From positions 1-64,000 of IMG/VR virus record IMGVR_UViG_3300035181_000357: a DNA stretch of 64,000 nt. One strand, 5' to 3'. The notes under the pieces were generated by a model. That model had not been told where the DNA came from. It did not search any database and worked only from the letters and a program-made list of their open reading frames with translations. Positions 49,172 through 58,815 of this stretch are shown in pieces. The position numbers and the translations under genes were made by a program. Every line of letters begins with the position of its first letter. Position 1 is the first letter of the stretch.

Positions 49172-49180
49172 ATTATATCA
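49172..49180 (-). promoter_or_regulatory. Extended -10 (TGnTATAAT) host-type promoter upstream of the sigma gene
   Basis: Minus strand TGATATAAT followed by an AAGGAG RBS. Confidence 0.55.
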
Positions 49181-49205
49181 GGGAGAATGAAATTCTAAAC
49201 AATCT

Positions 49206-50078
49206 TTATTTAGTTGGTACTCTCTTAAGCTGACTCTTCTGTTTTAGTTCTTCGAGGAGTCTCTTGTTGGCTTCTTCTAGAGTAGATAGTTTTCCCCTTA
49301 CCTCATCTAGTTCAACCTTCTGAGTTGTAGTCACAGTTTTGTTGGTAGAACTTAACCAACTATTTACTAACAACATCATCATTAATGATGCTAAAATCCC
49401 AATGAAATTAGTCTTTATCTGGGACAAGATCAGGTTGGATAGAATGATTATGGGTTCTTTCTTCTCACCAGTAAGGGGATTAAATCCTCGTTCTTTTAAC
49501 AATTCAGCAATAGCTATTTGTAGTGTAGGTAGTAATCTAAGGACTTCATCGTCTTTCATGTTCTTGAAGAACAGAATTATAGGAGAATGAGCTTGTAACG
49601 CAGTATATATAAGATCGATTTTAGCCATCGCTTCTTTTAACGTGACATCTATTTTTCTTCTATCTGCCATAGCTTCGTCTAATGATGCTTTTATTGCGAC
49701 GAGTTGATTATATATCGTTTTATATGTCCCAGCTACCCCAGATAATATACTTCTATTCTTTCTGGTCTCTTCTATCTGAGTCTCGGATTCAGTTGAAAGA
49801 GTTTCTACCAGTCGTTCGAAGCTATCACTAATACTAGAACAGAACTGGATAATTTGGTTTAGTTTCTCATCACCATCTTCCATATTATCAGACGAATTTT
49901 CTGTATAAGCTGAGAGCATACTCTGCAGTTTCTCCAGAGCCTTCTCCATATCGTTAGTGATTGATAGAATGTCTCTTATGTCTAGATATGCGGCTTCTGT
50001 AGAAGCATAGATCTCCTGAAGATCCTCTTTTACTTCTGAATTTGCAGGGAGAAACCTTCTTCTTCTATCGTCGGCCAT
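49206..50078 (-). CDS. Coiled-coil protein with C-terminal TM helix
   Basis: Long heptads, then FIGILASLMMMLLV. Confidence 0.55.
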   Translation of the reverse strand: MADDRRRRFLPANSEVKEDLQEIYASTEAAYLDIRDILSITNDMEKALEKLQSMLSAYTENSSDNMEDGDEKLNQIIQFCSSISDSFERLVETLSTESETQIEETRKNRSILSGVAGTYKTIYNQLVAIKASLDEAMADRRKIDVTLKEAMAKIDLIYTALQAHSPIILFFKNMKDDEVLRLLPTLQIAIAELLKERGFNPLTGEKKEPIIILSNLILSQIKTNFIGILASLMMMLLVNSWLSSTNKTVTTTQKVELDEVRGKLSTLEEANKRLLEELKQKSQLKRVPTK

Positions 50079-50087
50079 TGTCTCTTC

Positions 50088-50612
50088 TTATAGATGTTGG
50101 GGAACTAGAGATCGTCGGCGGATAATATTCTCTTTACTTTCGCTGGACAGAGAATCCATTCTAACTTTTATTAAAGATTCTAATCGCTCATTTGTTATTT
50201 TTATTTTAGCAATCGAATCTTCTAGAATTTTTGAACTCCTCCGAGGATTGACCTCTACTAAGGGGTTTATAACTTCACTTTTAAAAGGCAGTTCTCTATT
50301 AACAGGAAATATAACATCAAACGTTATCTTCTCATTCTTGAAATCTCTGCTGAACTGCCATAAAACATCCCCACCTTCCATGACATACACTTTCTCTTTG
50401 TCATCTAGGAGGGGATCATCATTTACATAAGATAATATCAATTCTTGGTCAGCAATCTTACATCTTGAATTTTTAAACAGAATCTTTGGGACACCACCAT
50501 CGTCGGCGATGACTACGATTGGAAACGGAACAGAATTTATGATCTCGATTAGGGAAGCTATAGGATCCTTGAGCCTCAGAATTTCTGTTGTTCGATGTCG
50601 TAACCTAAGCAT
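50088..50612 (-). CDS. Hypothetical protein with PAS-like N-terminus
   Basis: IINSVPFPIVVIADDG..KILFKN resembles the start of a PAS domain. Confidence 0.35.
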   Translation of the reverse strand: MLRLRHRTTEILRLKDPIASLIEIINSVPFPIVVIADDGGVPKILFKNSRCKIADQELILSYVNDDPLLDDKEKVYVMEGGDVLWQFSRDFKNEKITFDVIFPVNRELPFKSEVINPLVEVNPRRSSKILEDSIAKIKITNERLESLIKVRMDSLSSESKENIIRRRSLVPQHL

Positions 50613-50652
50613 AGTAATAGCCCGTAGATATTCTAATTATAAGGTAGGAAAC

Positions 50653-51108
50653 TTATTTATTACCCTGGAATAGGATTTCTAAAAATGGGAGCTGCGGTAG
50701 GAAAAGAATCCAGCAATAGAAGAGTGTGTTGAAAAACAAAGGGCAAGACATATCCATTCGATATGGGGAATTGTTATCTTTGTATATTTCTGGGACATAT
50801 TCTCCTGGAAACAACTGGGCTTCTAAAGATGACCTCTTTAGGATATATAGACCGACGGTCATCATACCTACTAGAAAGTAGATAGACACTGTCTTCCAAG
50901 ATAATCCGAGATTTAAAAACCATTCTAAGTACAAATGGTCATAATTATAATTAAATATCGAGTATAATACTAAGGCTATCGCGAGTTTAAATGGGGTCTT
51001 AGTCCAGAAGGGTTCTTTATTATTCTCAGACATACCCAACTTGTTATGTCTAGTGATTAGAAATGTAAATGACGAGGCTATAGATATGGCTATAAAAGCG
51101 TTTATCAT
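50653..51108 (-). CDS. Multi-pass membrane protein
   Basis: Three to four hydrophobic segments in 151 aa. Confidence 0.55.
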   Translation of the reverse strand: MINAFIAISIASSFTFLITRHNKLGMSENNKEPFWTKTPFKLAIALVLYSIFNYNYDHLYLEWFLNLGLSWKTVSIYFLVGMMTVGLYILKRSSLEAQLFPGEYVPEIYKDNNSPYRMDMSCPLFFNTLFYCWILFLPQLPFLEILFQGNK

Positions 51109-51135
51109 TGAAATGCTCCTACATCTTATTACGTG

Positions 51136-52992
51136 TTAGAAGCGACGACCAGCCAACCTACCAGGACGACCTGGGACATCCTCTCGAGTCATGGCCTTTA
51201 TTCTCTCAGACATCCTATAATTTGATAATGAAGATACTTCAGGATCGAAGTCAAGCCCATGTAGTAAAGGATCTATATTATTACCAGAAATAATATCATC
51301 CATTTTATTAGGTTCATCTTTCATAAATTGGTTAGCTAGATATGCAACTAACGCTACGACATCACACATGTCATCGTGGGCACCCTTTTCATTGGGAGCC
51401 TGTACTCTAATCTGGTACTTACTGACTATGGTGGCTTCTACAGATTTTATTTCTTTCTCGAAAATAGGAACATCTGGGAACCTGATTGTACCTTGATCGA
51501 TGAATCCCTTAAGTGTATAATACATTTGAGAATTGATACCAGTATTTAAATGTACCAATTCAAAATTCTCAATATCATTCATCTTCAAAAGCTGGGTGAG
51601 CATAGACCCACCATGTTGGTCAGTACAACCCTTATAACAAGGCAGAACAGAATTAAGCCCGATCATCCAGTTGAGGATATCCTCTAAAGGAATCTCTGTA
51701 ACATGTTCATATGGAGCCTCACCAACCATCTTGCGGCCGATATAATCATAGTATAATTGAATCCCAACACCATCAACATATTCAAGATGCCCAATAGCTA
51801 GAGCCGTGGCATCGTGTTTCATACCAAGATCTAGTGCCCAGAAGTACAGCTTTGAAAATTTCTCTTCTTGATATCTAACAGTATTCTCTCGTCCTCTATC
51901 TATAGCTCGTTCAATAGATAGAACAGGTACGTAAGATTCAGCAGAGTCTAGAAACTGTCCACCATACTCAGCTTTCCAGGTTAGGGAAGCAGATATGGCC
52001 TTCTTTCTCAGGTATTCAGAGTTAGAACGAGGGTTCATCTCAGCAGATGAACACATGAGGGTAAAAATTCCAGAATCTGGGCCATGTTTCATAGCCTCGG
52101 CATGAAGATCGTAGGCTTTACCTTCACGCTTCCATGGGCTGGTAATGGTTAAGATCAGAGATTCTAATAATCCTGTCTCAGTACTGGTGAAGTTCATGGT
52201 AGCTGGAGCTGCTGCTTCATATACTTCATCAGAGTTTGAACCCTTCTCATTCCTGAAGTGAGCAAACTCGTCTAGTGCCAAGAAATATGAGCTGGGACCA
52301 CGTACAGCATTCGTGGTACAAGGCCAGGCACCTATCTTAATAGATGGGATAACATCACGTTTGTCTTTATCAGCTTCAGTTACGAACTCCATGCTCTTAG
52401 ATCCCGGAGTCTTTCTAAGGTATGGACTAAAGAATGGACAGGAGTTAATGTCTGATTTAAATTTATCGTATAGACGGTTAGCACCAGAATTATCTTGTGC
52501 CAGGAAAGTGAATTCTATTGGAGAACCTTCAACCAGACCGAAATGTTCATGAGGAGATCGTATAGATAGAAGTTTATATAGTTTGAAATCTGCGATAGCA
52601 GATACTAACTGGGATTTACCACCACGTCGGCCAGCAAAGATAACAGCTTCGTTGAATCCTCGTTCTGGGAGATCTTGCCAATCTTCTACGTTTATTCTAC
52701 CTTCACTATATAGATAATCTAGATATTCTCGTTCAGTAAAGGTGTAGAGAACTTCTTCTGCGAACTTATCTTTTACAATTATGGTCCCCTCTTTATAATC
52801 CAGGGGAACTCCCAAGATGCACTTGTATATAAATCTTTGAACTGGATATAGAGTTACCTTTGGTCCAGAATCCCCTTCTAAAAAATCTATACCATTTAAT
52901 ATATTAGAATTAACAGATATTTCACTATCTACGATTTGACCTAAGATTGATGATCTAGCCTGATGAGAAAATTTATTAATCTTTACTGCCAT
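51136..52992 (-). CDS. Terminase large subunit
   Basis: Walker A AGRRGGKS, Walker B LALDEF, ITSP coupling motif, nuclease WALDLG...DATA and HDD..D. Confidence 0.9.
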   Translation of the reverse strand: MAVKINKFSHQARSSILGQIVDSEISVNSNILNGIDFLEGDSGPKVTLYPVQRFIYKCILGVPLDYKEGTIIVKDKFAEEVLYTFTEREYLDYLYSEGRINVEDWQDLPERGFNEAVIFAGRRGGKSQLVSAIADFKLYKLLSIRSPHEHFGLVEGSPIEFTFLAQDNSGANRLYDKFKSDINSCPFFSPYLRKTPGSKSMEFVTEADKDKRDVIPSIKIGAWPCTTNAVRGPSSYFLALDEFAHFRNEKGSNSDEVYEAAAPATMNFTSTETGLLESLILTITSPWKREGKAYDLHAEAMKHGPDSGIFTLMCSSAEMNPRSNSEYLRKKAISASLTWKAEYGGQFLDSAESYVPVLSIERAIDRGRENTVRYQEEKFSKLYFWALDLGMKHDATALAIGHLEYVDGVGIQLYYDYIGRKMVGEAPYEHVTEIPLEDILNWMIGLNSVLPCYKGCTDQHGGSMLTQLLKMNDIENFELVHLNTGINSQMYYTLKGFIDQGTIRFPDVPIFEKEIKSVEATIVSKYQIRVQAPNEKGAHDDMCDVVALVAYLANQFMKDEPNKMDDIISGNNIDPLLHGLDFDPEVSSLSNYRMSERIKAMTREDVPGRPGRLAGRRF

Positions 52993-53190
52993 TCTCTTCT
53001 CTCCACTTAGCCCATCGTTTTATTTGAATGACATCCGACATCTTTTTCTTAGACTCTTCTGAATGTTTCTTTCCTAGATTGGCATCTCGTAATTTCTGTC
53101 TAGTATCTACAGATGGATTTTTCTTAGATTCTGACATCTTTTTCTAGCTTCCTCGGACCATATTCTAGTTCTATTGAGTGTGGTGTTATT
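52976..53190 (-). pseudogene. Frameshifted NUMOD3-type homing-endonuclease DNA-binding remnant
   Basis: Reads WSEEARK[-1]MSESKK...LGKKHSEESKKKMSD; residual 53-aa ORF 52976..53137; no catalytic domain. Confidence 0.7.
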
Positions 53191-53193
53191 ACT

Positions 53194-53964
53194 TTAGCTG
53201 CCATGGGTCACATCTACTACCTTTATCTGGTCTTTTACTGAATTCCAGTATTTCATCAGACTATCAGAATTTACATCTTTTATACTATCTGGGTGATTCC
53301 ATACCCAAGGTATGATATATAGCTTAGTAGGCCATATCACTCCATCTGAAGTAATAGCTGACGGCATCGTCTCTATCAACTGAATAGTTAGAGAATCTGG
53401 AATGATTTCGTCTTCTATGGCTTTTTTAGCATACCATACTAAGTCATCATAGAACACGGACTTCTTTTCGAACAGACCCTGCAGAATCGAATGAAATTTA
53501 TAATCTTTTATATTCTGATCCAAGGTGTCAATCAACCGTCTTACTAATGCTCTGTTCTTAGCGACCTCTTTACGAAAAGTCAGAGGTGTGGTATTGTGTA
53601 CATCGCTGACTACACCCTCATCCATGTCATAATAGCATAGTATGATATCTGCTATAGAATCTTCATCCATAGTCAAGTCATTAAATGCAGAACCTGGTAT
53701 TTCAAAGATATACAGATTATCATCATCTATAACCTGAGATATCCTGGTTACAGAGTATGACAGAGCCTGCTTAATAGAATTAGCAAAGTATATTCTGCCC
53801 TTTTGAGGCTCCATTTGCCCAGCTTCAAAGGAAATATCCTTAGATTTTAATCCTTCTTTTAGGATATTATCTGCAGCCTCTTTAGTAGTCCCGTGCCACC
53901 AGGTCCTAGATTTTATATTAGGAGTTGGAGATACAGCGATTCTTCTGGTGAAGAGTCTGGACAT
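53194..53964 (-). CDS. ADP-ribosyltransferase-fold protein
   Basis: WWHGT....I..EGL ... GRIYFANS...A..Y ... YIFEI ... DED, the H-Y-(E) ART pattern. Confidence 0.55.
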   Translation of the reverse strand: MSRLFTRRIAVSPTPNIKSRTWWHGTTKEAADNILKEGLKSKDISFEAGQMEPQKGRIYFANSIKQALSYSVTRISQVIDDDNLYIFEIPGSAFNDLTMDEDSIADIILCYYDMDEGVVSDVHNTTPLTFRKEVAKNRALVRRLIDTLDQNIKDYKFHSILQGLFEKKSVFYDDLVWYAKKAIEDEIIPDSLTIQLIETMPSAITSDGVIWPTKLYIIPWVWNHPDSIKDVNSDSLMKYWNSVKDQIKVVDVTHGS

Positions 53965-53969
53965 ACATT

Positions 53970-56588
53970 CTAATCTTTCTTCTTGATGATGTACTTGACC
54001 TTTAAAGTCATAGTCTCTATATCGAGTTTCTCAGCACGAACAAATACTTCATATGTGAATCCAGCATCGCCTTCATCATTCCATACAGCAGCTTGTGCCC
54101 AGGCACCATTCAATGCATCAATCATATCAGTATCATTTAGACCATCAGCGAGGGCCTTGAAGCCAAAACCAGTCTGATCAACGGGGAGTATTCCAGCATT
54201 AGCTAGCAGAAGACCAGTCTCTAGATCGTTGAGTCTGAGAGTCCATTCCATTGGAGTGTCAGTGAATAATGGCTTTTGTGTAACCTGGAATCCAGAAACT
54301 AGAGTGGCAGCAATCTGGCCGCAGATTCTCTTAAGAACATCAGCTAATTTTACTTTGTTCTCTGCTGAAGCAGTCTTCGAAGCCTTTTTAGAAGCCATCA
54401 ATAGCGAACTAGGATTGATATCATCATGTGGGGCATTAAACATGTTGGTGAATCCAGGACCACGGAGGTTGAGTTCCTTACGTAGAGGAGCACCTTGTGG
54501 TTGACTTGGTCCGAGACCCATACCTGCTGGACCCTTTGTAGCATCACCTTCATCGGTCTTCTCTAACTGCATCTGTAACATTTCAGGTGTTGGAGAATGG
54601 GTGAATTCTCTTCCAACTGGTTGAATAGCAAGCTGTTCTGCCATTTCAGGATAGAAACCTTCTAGAACCTGACCAGGAACCATCAACGTGAAAGCTTTCT
54701 TCTCCAGGAATGATTCTTTCTTATCTACAGGAGGATCAGACCATGCTTCAAATCTCCTAAAGTTGTTCTTGTCAGAAAGCCCCTTGGTGAACTTCTCTCT
54801 TGCCTTTTCTGTCGAGAACGTACGTTCTTTGTTTACGACCTGATCCTTTTTATTAAATTCAGACCATTGAACCCCCCAATTACCATCAGCAGAGGCTGTT
54901 ACAGGTTTCTTTTCTTCCTCTTCCTCATGTTGGAACCAATCATCAGCTGACATTGGTAGTTCTTCTCTCAAAATCTCTTCAGAAGAAGCTTCTTTTAACA
55001 GTCCATGCATTTGTGCATACTCGATTGCAGATCCAAGCCAATCATTAGGGTTTAGATATCCGTCTTCGACGAGTTCTCCAACTTCTTCATCAGACCAGGA
55101 AGCAATCTCGGTGTCACCCTTATACAGGGTTACTTGAGCACGATCTCTCTCAAACCAGGTATCAACTCTGTATTCATCAGAGTCAGCAGATTCTACTCTC
55201 TTCAACTCGTCCTTCTGATCTTCGCCTTCAGCGAACTGATCTTCATCAGTTCCTTCTTCTAAGACATCTACTAGCTTCTTGTGTTCTTCTATGAATTCAT
55301 CAGCTGGCATTTCAACCACGATCTTAGCACCATGATCATCAGCAAGAGTTAGAGCTCCAGGAAGACCCTTTACCTGAGCAATCTCATCAGAGGCTGAAGG
55401 CATGTTGGAGTAATAATCCTGGATGATGTGTTGTACATCGAGAGAACCATTCTTGCCACCCGACAGGATCCAATCCTCTAAGGTTAGGAGATCATTCTGC
55501 ATCTTCTCGTAACGAGGTCCTTGACTCTCGTCTCCAGACTTATCCATCTTTCTAAGTTCTACTCTCAGATACTTGGTCACCATCTTTGCATCAGCTTCTA
55601 CATCATCAGATGCTTTCTTTGGATCTGGACCATCAACCATCTCTGGTCCAACAGTTTCCTTAGATCCTGGGGCACCATAATCTGGACGATTACGAAGGCC
55701 AGTTTCAGCAGATATTTTAGTCTTAGTATCTAAGATATCTTCAATCTTACTGAATAGCTTAAGTTCTTCTGGCTCCATGATACTCTCTTCGAGTTCTTCG
55801 ATGTGAGCAGCGGATAATCTGATCTTCTTTCTCTGAACTTCAGCTTTTACCAAGGAAGAAGCGATGAGTCTGAATGTGGTCTTAATTTTAAGATCCTTAA
55901 GTGCATCTTTTCCGATCGACTTGCCTTCTCCTAGACTGACCTTAATGTCCTCAGCTTCCACCTCAGATCCTTTACCAAGTTCTGGGTAAGCGTTGCCATA
56001 ACTAGGAGTCTTAAAGACATGCTGTTGAAGTGGGATAGATTCCACACGGAATGCACCAGTCAAGGCTTTGATCTGTTCGAAAGAGTTTGATAAGGCTGGG
56101 TTATACATGGCACAGAATACCTTGTCTCTAAGGTCTAGGAACAGGGTGTCTTCGTTGAAGTGGATGACCTTAATATCTGAGATATTTGCCCAAGCTGGAT
56201 GGAAGACTACTAAATCACATACTTCACCATTGGAATTGGTGAATAACATTTCTTTAGCCATCTTTAAAGTGTCTTTTGACATATCTTCAGAGGCTAGAAA
56301 CTGTAGTCTGGCTTCAATGGCTTCTTCCTGATTTAAGGAAGAGAATACACCAGAAGCTAGGAGAGCGATTGGGAAGTTTTCTGCTTTCTTACATACAGAG
56401 GCTGGTACTACATAGATATCACCAATAACGATATCTTCTCTATATGATTTTTTGCAGATCTCTAACTTAGCTACATTTCCTTTGTTAGCTTCTTTAGCAC
56501 CCTGAGTCTTGATAGCCTCAGCTACCTGGGCGATCATCTCGTCAGGTGCAGTGAAAGAAAGATATGATCTATATGCCTTAGTTGCCAT
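53970..56588 (-). CDS. Large acidic mosaic head/internal protein
   Basis: 872 aa of discrete segments separated by KKAS, KISA, LKEAS, VTASA, EKKAF and KKASKTASA. Confidence 0.55.
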   Translation of the reverse strand: MATKAYRSYLSFTAPDEMIAQVAEAIKTQGAKEANKGNVAKLEICKKSYREDIVIGDIYVVPASVCKKAENFPIALLASGVFSSLNQEEAIEARLQFLASEDMSKDTLKMAKEMLFTNSNGEVCDLVVFHPAWANISDIKVIHFNEDTLFLDLRDKVFCAMYNPALSNSFEQIKALTGAFRVESIPLQQHVFKTPSYGNAYPELGKGSEVEAEDIKVSLGEGKSIGKDALKDLKIKTTFRLIASSLVKAEVQRKKIRLSAAHIEELEESIMEPEELKLFSKIEDILDTKTKISAETGLRNRPDYGAPGSKETVGPEMVDGPDPKKASDDVEADAKMVTKYLRVELRKMDKSGDESQGPRYEKMQNDLLTLEDWILSGGKNGSLDVQHIIQDYYSNMPSASDEIAQVKGLPGALTLADDHGAKIVVEMPADEFIEEHKKLVDVLEEGTDEDQFAEGEDQKDELKRVESADSDEYRVDTWFERDRAQVTLYKGDTEIASWSDEEVGELVEDGYLNPNDWLGSAIEYAQMHGLLKEASSEEILREELPMSADDWFQHEEEEEKKPVTASADGNWGVQWSEFNKKDQVVNKERTFSTEKAREKFTKGLSDKNNFRRFEAWSDPPVDKKESFLEKKAFTLMVPGQVLEGFYPEMAEQLAIQPVGREFTHSPTPEMLQMQLEKTDEGDATKGPAGMGLGPSQPQGAPLRKELNLRGPGFTNMFNAPHDDINPSSLLMASKKASKTASAENKVKLADVLKRICGQIAATLVSGFQVTQKPLFTDTPMEWTLRLNDLETGLLLANAGILPVDQTGFGFKALADGLNDTDMIDALNGAWAQAAVWNDEGDAGFTYEVFVRAEKLDIETMTLKVKYIIKKKD

Positions 56589-56599
56589 CTTGTCTCCAA

Positions 56600-57088
56600 T
56601 TAATTTGTAATTTCTACTTTTTCTACTTCTCTTCTTAGTTCTGGTTCTCTTATAGCCATCATATCTCTGAATGCTCTAAGAATTTCGTTTGCCTTGTCTT
56701 CAGTATACCCAGATTGAATAATGGACTTTTTCATCATCGTTACTATTTCTCGTACAGCATACTGGAACTTTGGTCCATCGAAGTTTAGGACATCTCGTCT
56801 AGCTAACAGATCGTTATCTTGAAGGGTTTTACTAAGTTCTCTTAAGGCCTTTACCTGTGCTTCTCTTGTCTTCAGGCTGACTTGAGCCAGTGGGCTAGCT
56901 GCAATACCAGAGATCTCTCGGATGACATTAGCCATCTCAACAGCGATCATTCTATTAATGAGTGTTAATGGAACGTTGGGATCATCCACCATTTCCATTA
57001 TTTTACTATAGTTTACTGCTCTAGGATCTTTCAATCCATCGACATAAACTTGATCATTCTCATCAAAGGATATTTCAGAAGTTGCCAT
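56600..57088 (-). CDS. Hypothetical helical protein (terminase small subunit candidate)
   Basis: 162 aa, all helical; context only. Confidence 0.35.
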   Translation of the reverse strand: MATSEISFDENDQVYVDGLKDPRAVNYSKIMEMVDDPNVPLTLINRMIAVEMANVIREISGIAASPLAQVSLKTREAQVKALRELSKTLQDNDLLARRDVLNFDGPKFQYAVREIVTMMKKSIIQSGYTEDKANEILRAFRDMMAIREPELRREVEKVEITN

Positions 57089-57091
57089 ATA

Positions 57092-58414
57092 TTACTCTAT
57101 GTCTCCAACGTTCCCATAGGAACCGAGGTCAATGTCATGACCCTTTAATTCCTTGATCTCAACATCGAAATCTTGAAGCTTAGAAGAGTCTAATCCGACT
57201 TGTGTATTTAAGGTGTTTCCATCATAAGAAGGATCGCCGTTGGCAATCTTATTTGATGATACCTTATCTAGACCAGGGAAAGTAAGAAGAGTTCCACCGG
57301 TTAGACCACAATGCATACCATTACGATATGTGCAAGAAGCACATTTCTTGGCACCGACGATGGCATTCTTAGAAGCCAGTTTACCATGTAGGTACTTACA
57401 ATCAACACGATCAAGATTGATCTTTGACCCGGTCTTCTTTAGGTCATCGATATATCTCTTAGCAGCTACTTTAACCTTTAAGGTTCCGAACTTCTCACGA
57501 GCTTCTACGAAAGCAGCCTCAAAGGATTTCCCACTATCAATATCCTGTCTGAAATTATCAGAAGAGATACTATCTTCAGTGAATGTAACCTTGTCTCCAG
57601 CACTTCTGATAGAATATTGCTCATCTTGAGCTCTTGGAGCCTGGACCTGAACCTCATCCTGAACACCATTATGAATATCAGTCATAGCCTTCTTGCTAAC
57701 CTGCTTACCCAACTGGGCTGCTATTTTATTGACAACTTCCTGCAATTCTTTCTTGCTTGCTACGATAGGAAGTTTATAAAGATTACAACGTCCACCAGCA
57801 CAATGGCTGCATGAGTCACAAGCTGATATCTTCTTAACAGAAGCGGCTTTAACTGAACCTTCTCGCTTAATCTTATTGAAGGTTTCGATACAACCCTTAG
57901 AACCAGAACTCTTCATAAAGTGGTTTGGCTCAATGAAAGAAAGACCAACCAGGCCAGCTCTGTCGTTGAGATAATCGGCTGACATAGTCTTATTGAAGAT
58001 AGCCAACTCTGCGAGTTTATTCATCTTGGATTCGATCTTTTCAGGACTAAATCCTAGGTGAAGGAGGTCATCAATTCTCTTCAATACTTCAGAATCTGTT
58101 AACATCTTCTTCTCTAGACCCTCAATACTGGATCCAGACGCAGCCTTTAAAGCAGAGGCTAAGACAGATGTATCATCGTCGATAGCTTTCTCTGCTCGAC
58201 CTTGCCAGTCCTCATGATTGGGGATATTGGTTGCAGTTCTACCAGTGTTGGTGTGGTGACTCTTTCCACCTAACTCTTGTACCAAGTTATCAGATTTATC
58301 CTGAGATATGGCTTTGAATCCATCGCCACTCTTCTTCTCTTCCTTTGTATTTTCATACGAAGGAGCTACATCGTCAAGGATTTGATCTATAATAGATGCG
58401 TAAAATTTTGTCAT
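57092..58414 (-). CDS. Head-region protein with duplicated Cys4 motifs
   Basis: ACDSCSHCAGGRC and KCASCTYRNGMHC repeats. Confidence 0.55.
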   Translation of the reverse strand: MTKFYASIIDQILDDVAPSYENTKEEKKSGDGFKAISQDKSDNLVQELGGKSHHTNTGRTATNIPNHEDWQGRAEKAIDDDTSVLASALKAASGSSIEGLEKKMLTDSEVLKRIDDLLHLGFSPEKIESKMNKLAELAIFNKTMSADYLNDRAGLVGLSFIEPNHFMKSSGSKGCIETFNKIKREGSVKAASVKKISACDSCSHCAGGRCNLYKLPIVASKKELQEVVNKIAAQLGKQVSKKAMTDIHNGVQDEVQVQAPRAQDEQYSIRSAGDKVTFTEDSISSDNFRQDIDSGKSFEAAFVEAREKFGTLKVKVAAKRYIDDLKKTGSKINLDRVDCKYLHGKLASKNAIVGAKKCASCTYRNGMHCGLTGGTLLTFPGLDKVSSNKIANGDPSYDGNTLNTQVGLDSSKLQDFDVEIKELKGHDIDLGSYGNVGDIE

Positions 58415-58424
58415 TTCATATCCC

Positions 58425-58751
58425 TTAATCGTAAAATTCTAAATCGTCTAAAATATGTTTTAAAGAAGATTCAGGATCTCTTGAATCAGCTGCCATGAGA
58501 GTCTCAGAGTTATCTACTTCATTTGCAGAAGTTAAACGCATGATCTTACCTTCTTTTACTTCCCAGAAATCCTTAGAACTTGGGCACTCATATACATTTC
58601 CTGCTACTCTCATCAATCCTAGTCTCTGGATTACCGTATTGGCTGAAGCCATAATAGGTAAAAGGGCATCATGAGCCTCAGATGCCATATCAGACTGTTT
58701 TGGTATAGACAGGGAATGAATACTGGCTTCCACTCTCTTTTTCATTGACAT
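58425..58751 (-). CDS. Hypothetical head-region protein
   Basis: 108 aa, AGGAG RBS. Confidence 0.6.
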   Translation of the reverse strand: MSMKKRVEASIHSLSIPKQSDMASEAHDALLPIMASANTVIQRLGLMRVAGNVYECPSSKDFWEVKEGKIMRLTSANEVDNSETLMAADSRDPESSLKHILDDLEFYD

Positions 58752-58815
58752 CCTAACTCCTAAATCTACAGATATAAGTCATCATAATAGGTAAGAGAAG
58801 TTATTTACATGTCTG

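Noticed and set aside
5413-49192. Shared 10-mer GAGAATGAAA in two intergenic regions (5413-5422 and 49183-49192)
   Set aside because: There are only two copies, in different positions relative to genes, of an AT/purine-rich word; this is compatible with chance.
44257-52992. Inteins in PolA, terminase, RecA or at the SbcC split
   Set aside because: No C/S...HN-C/S/T splice junctions or LAGLIDADG blocks were seen; the inserts are short.
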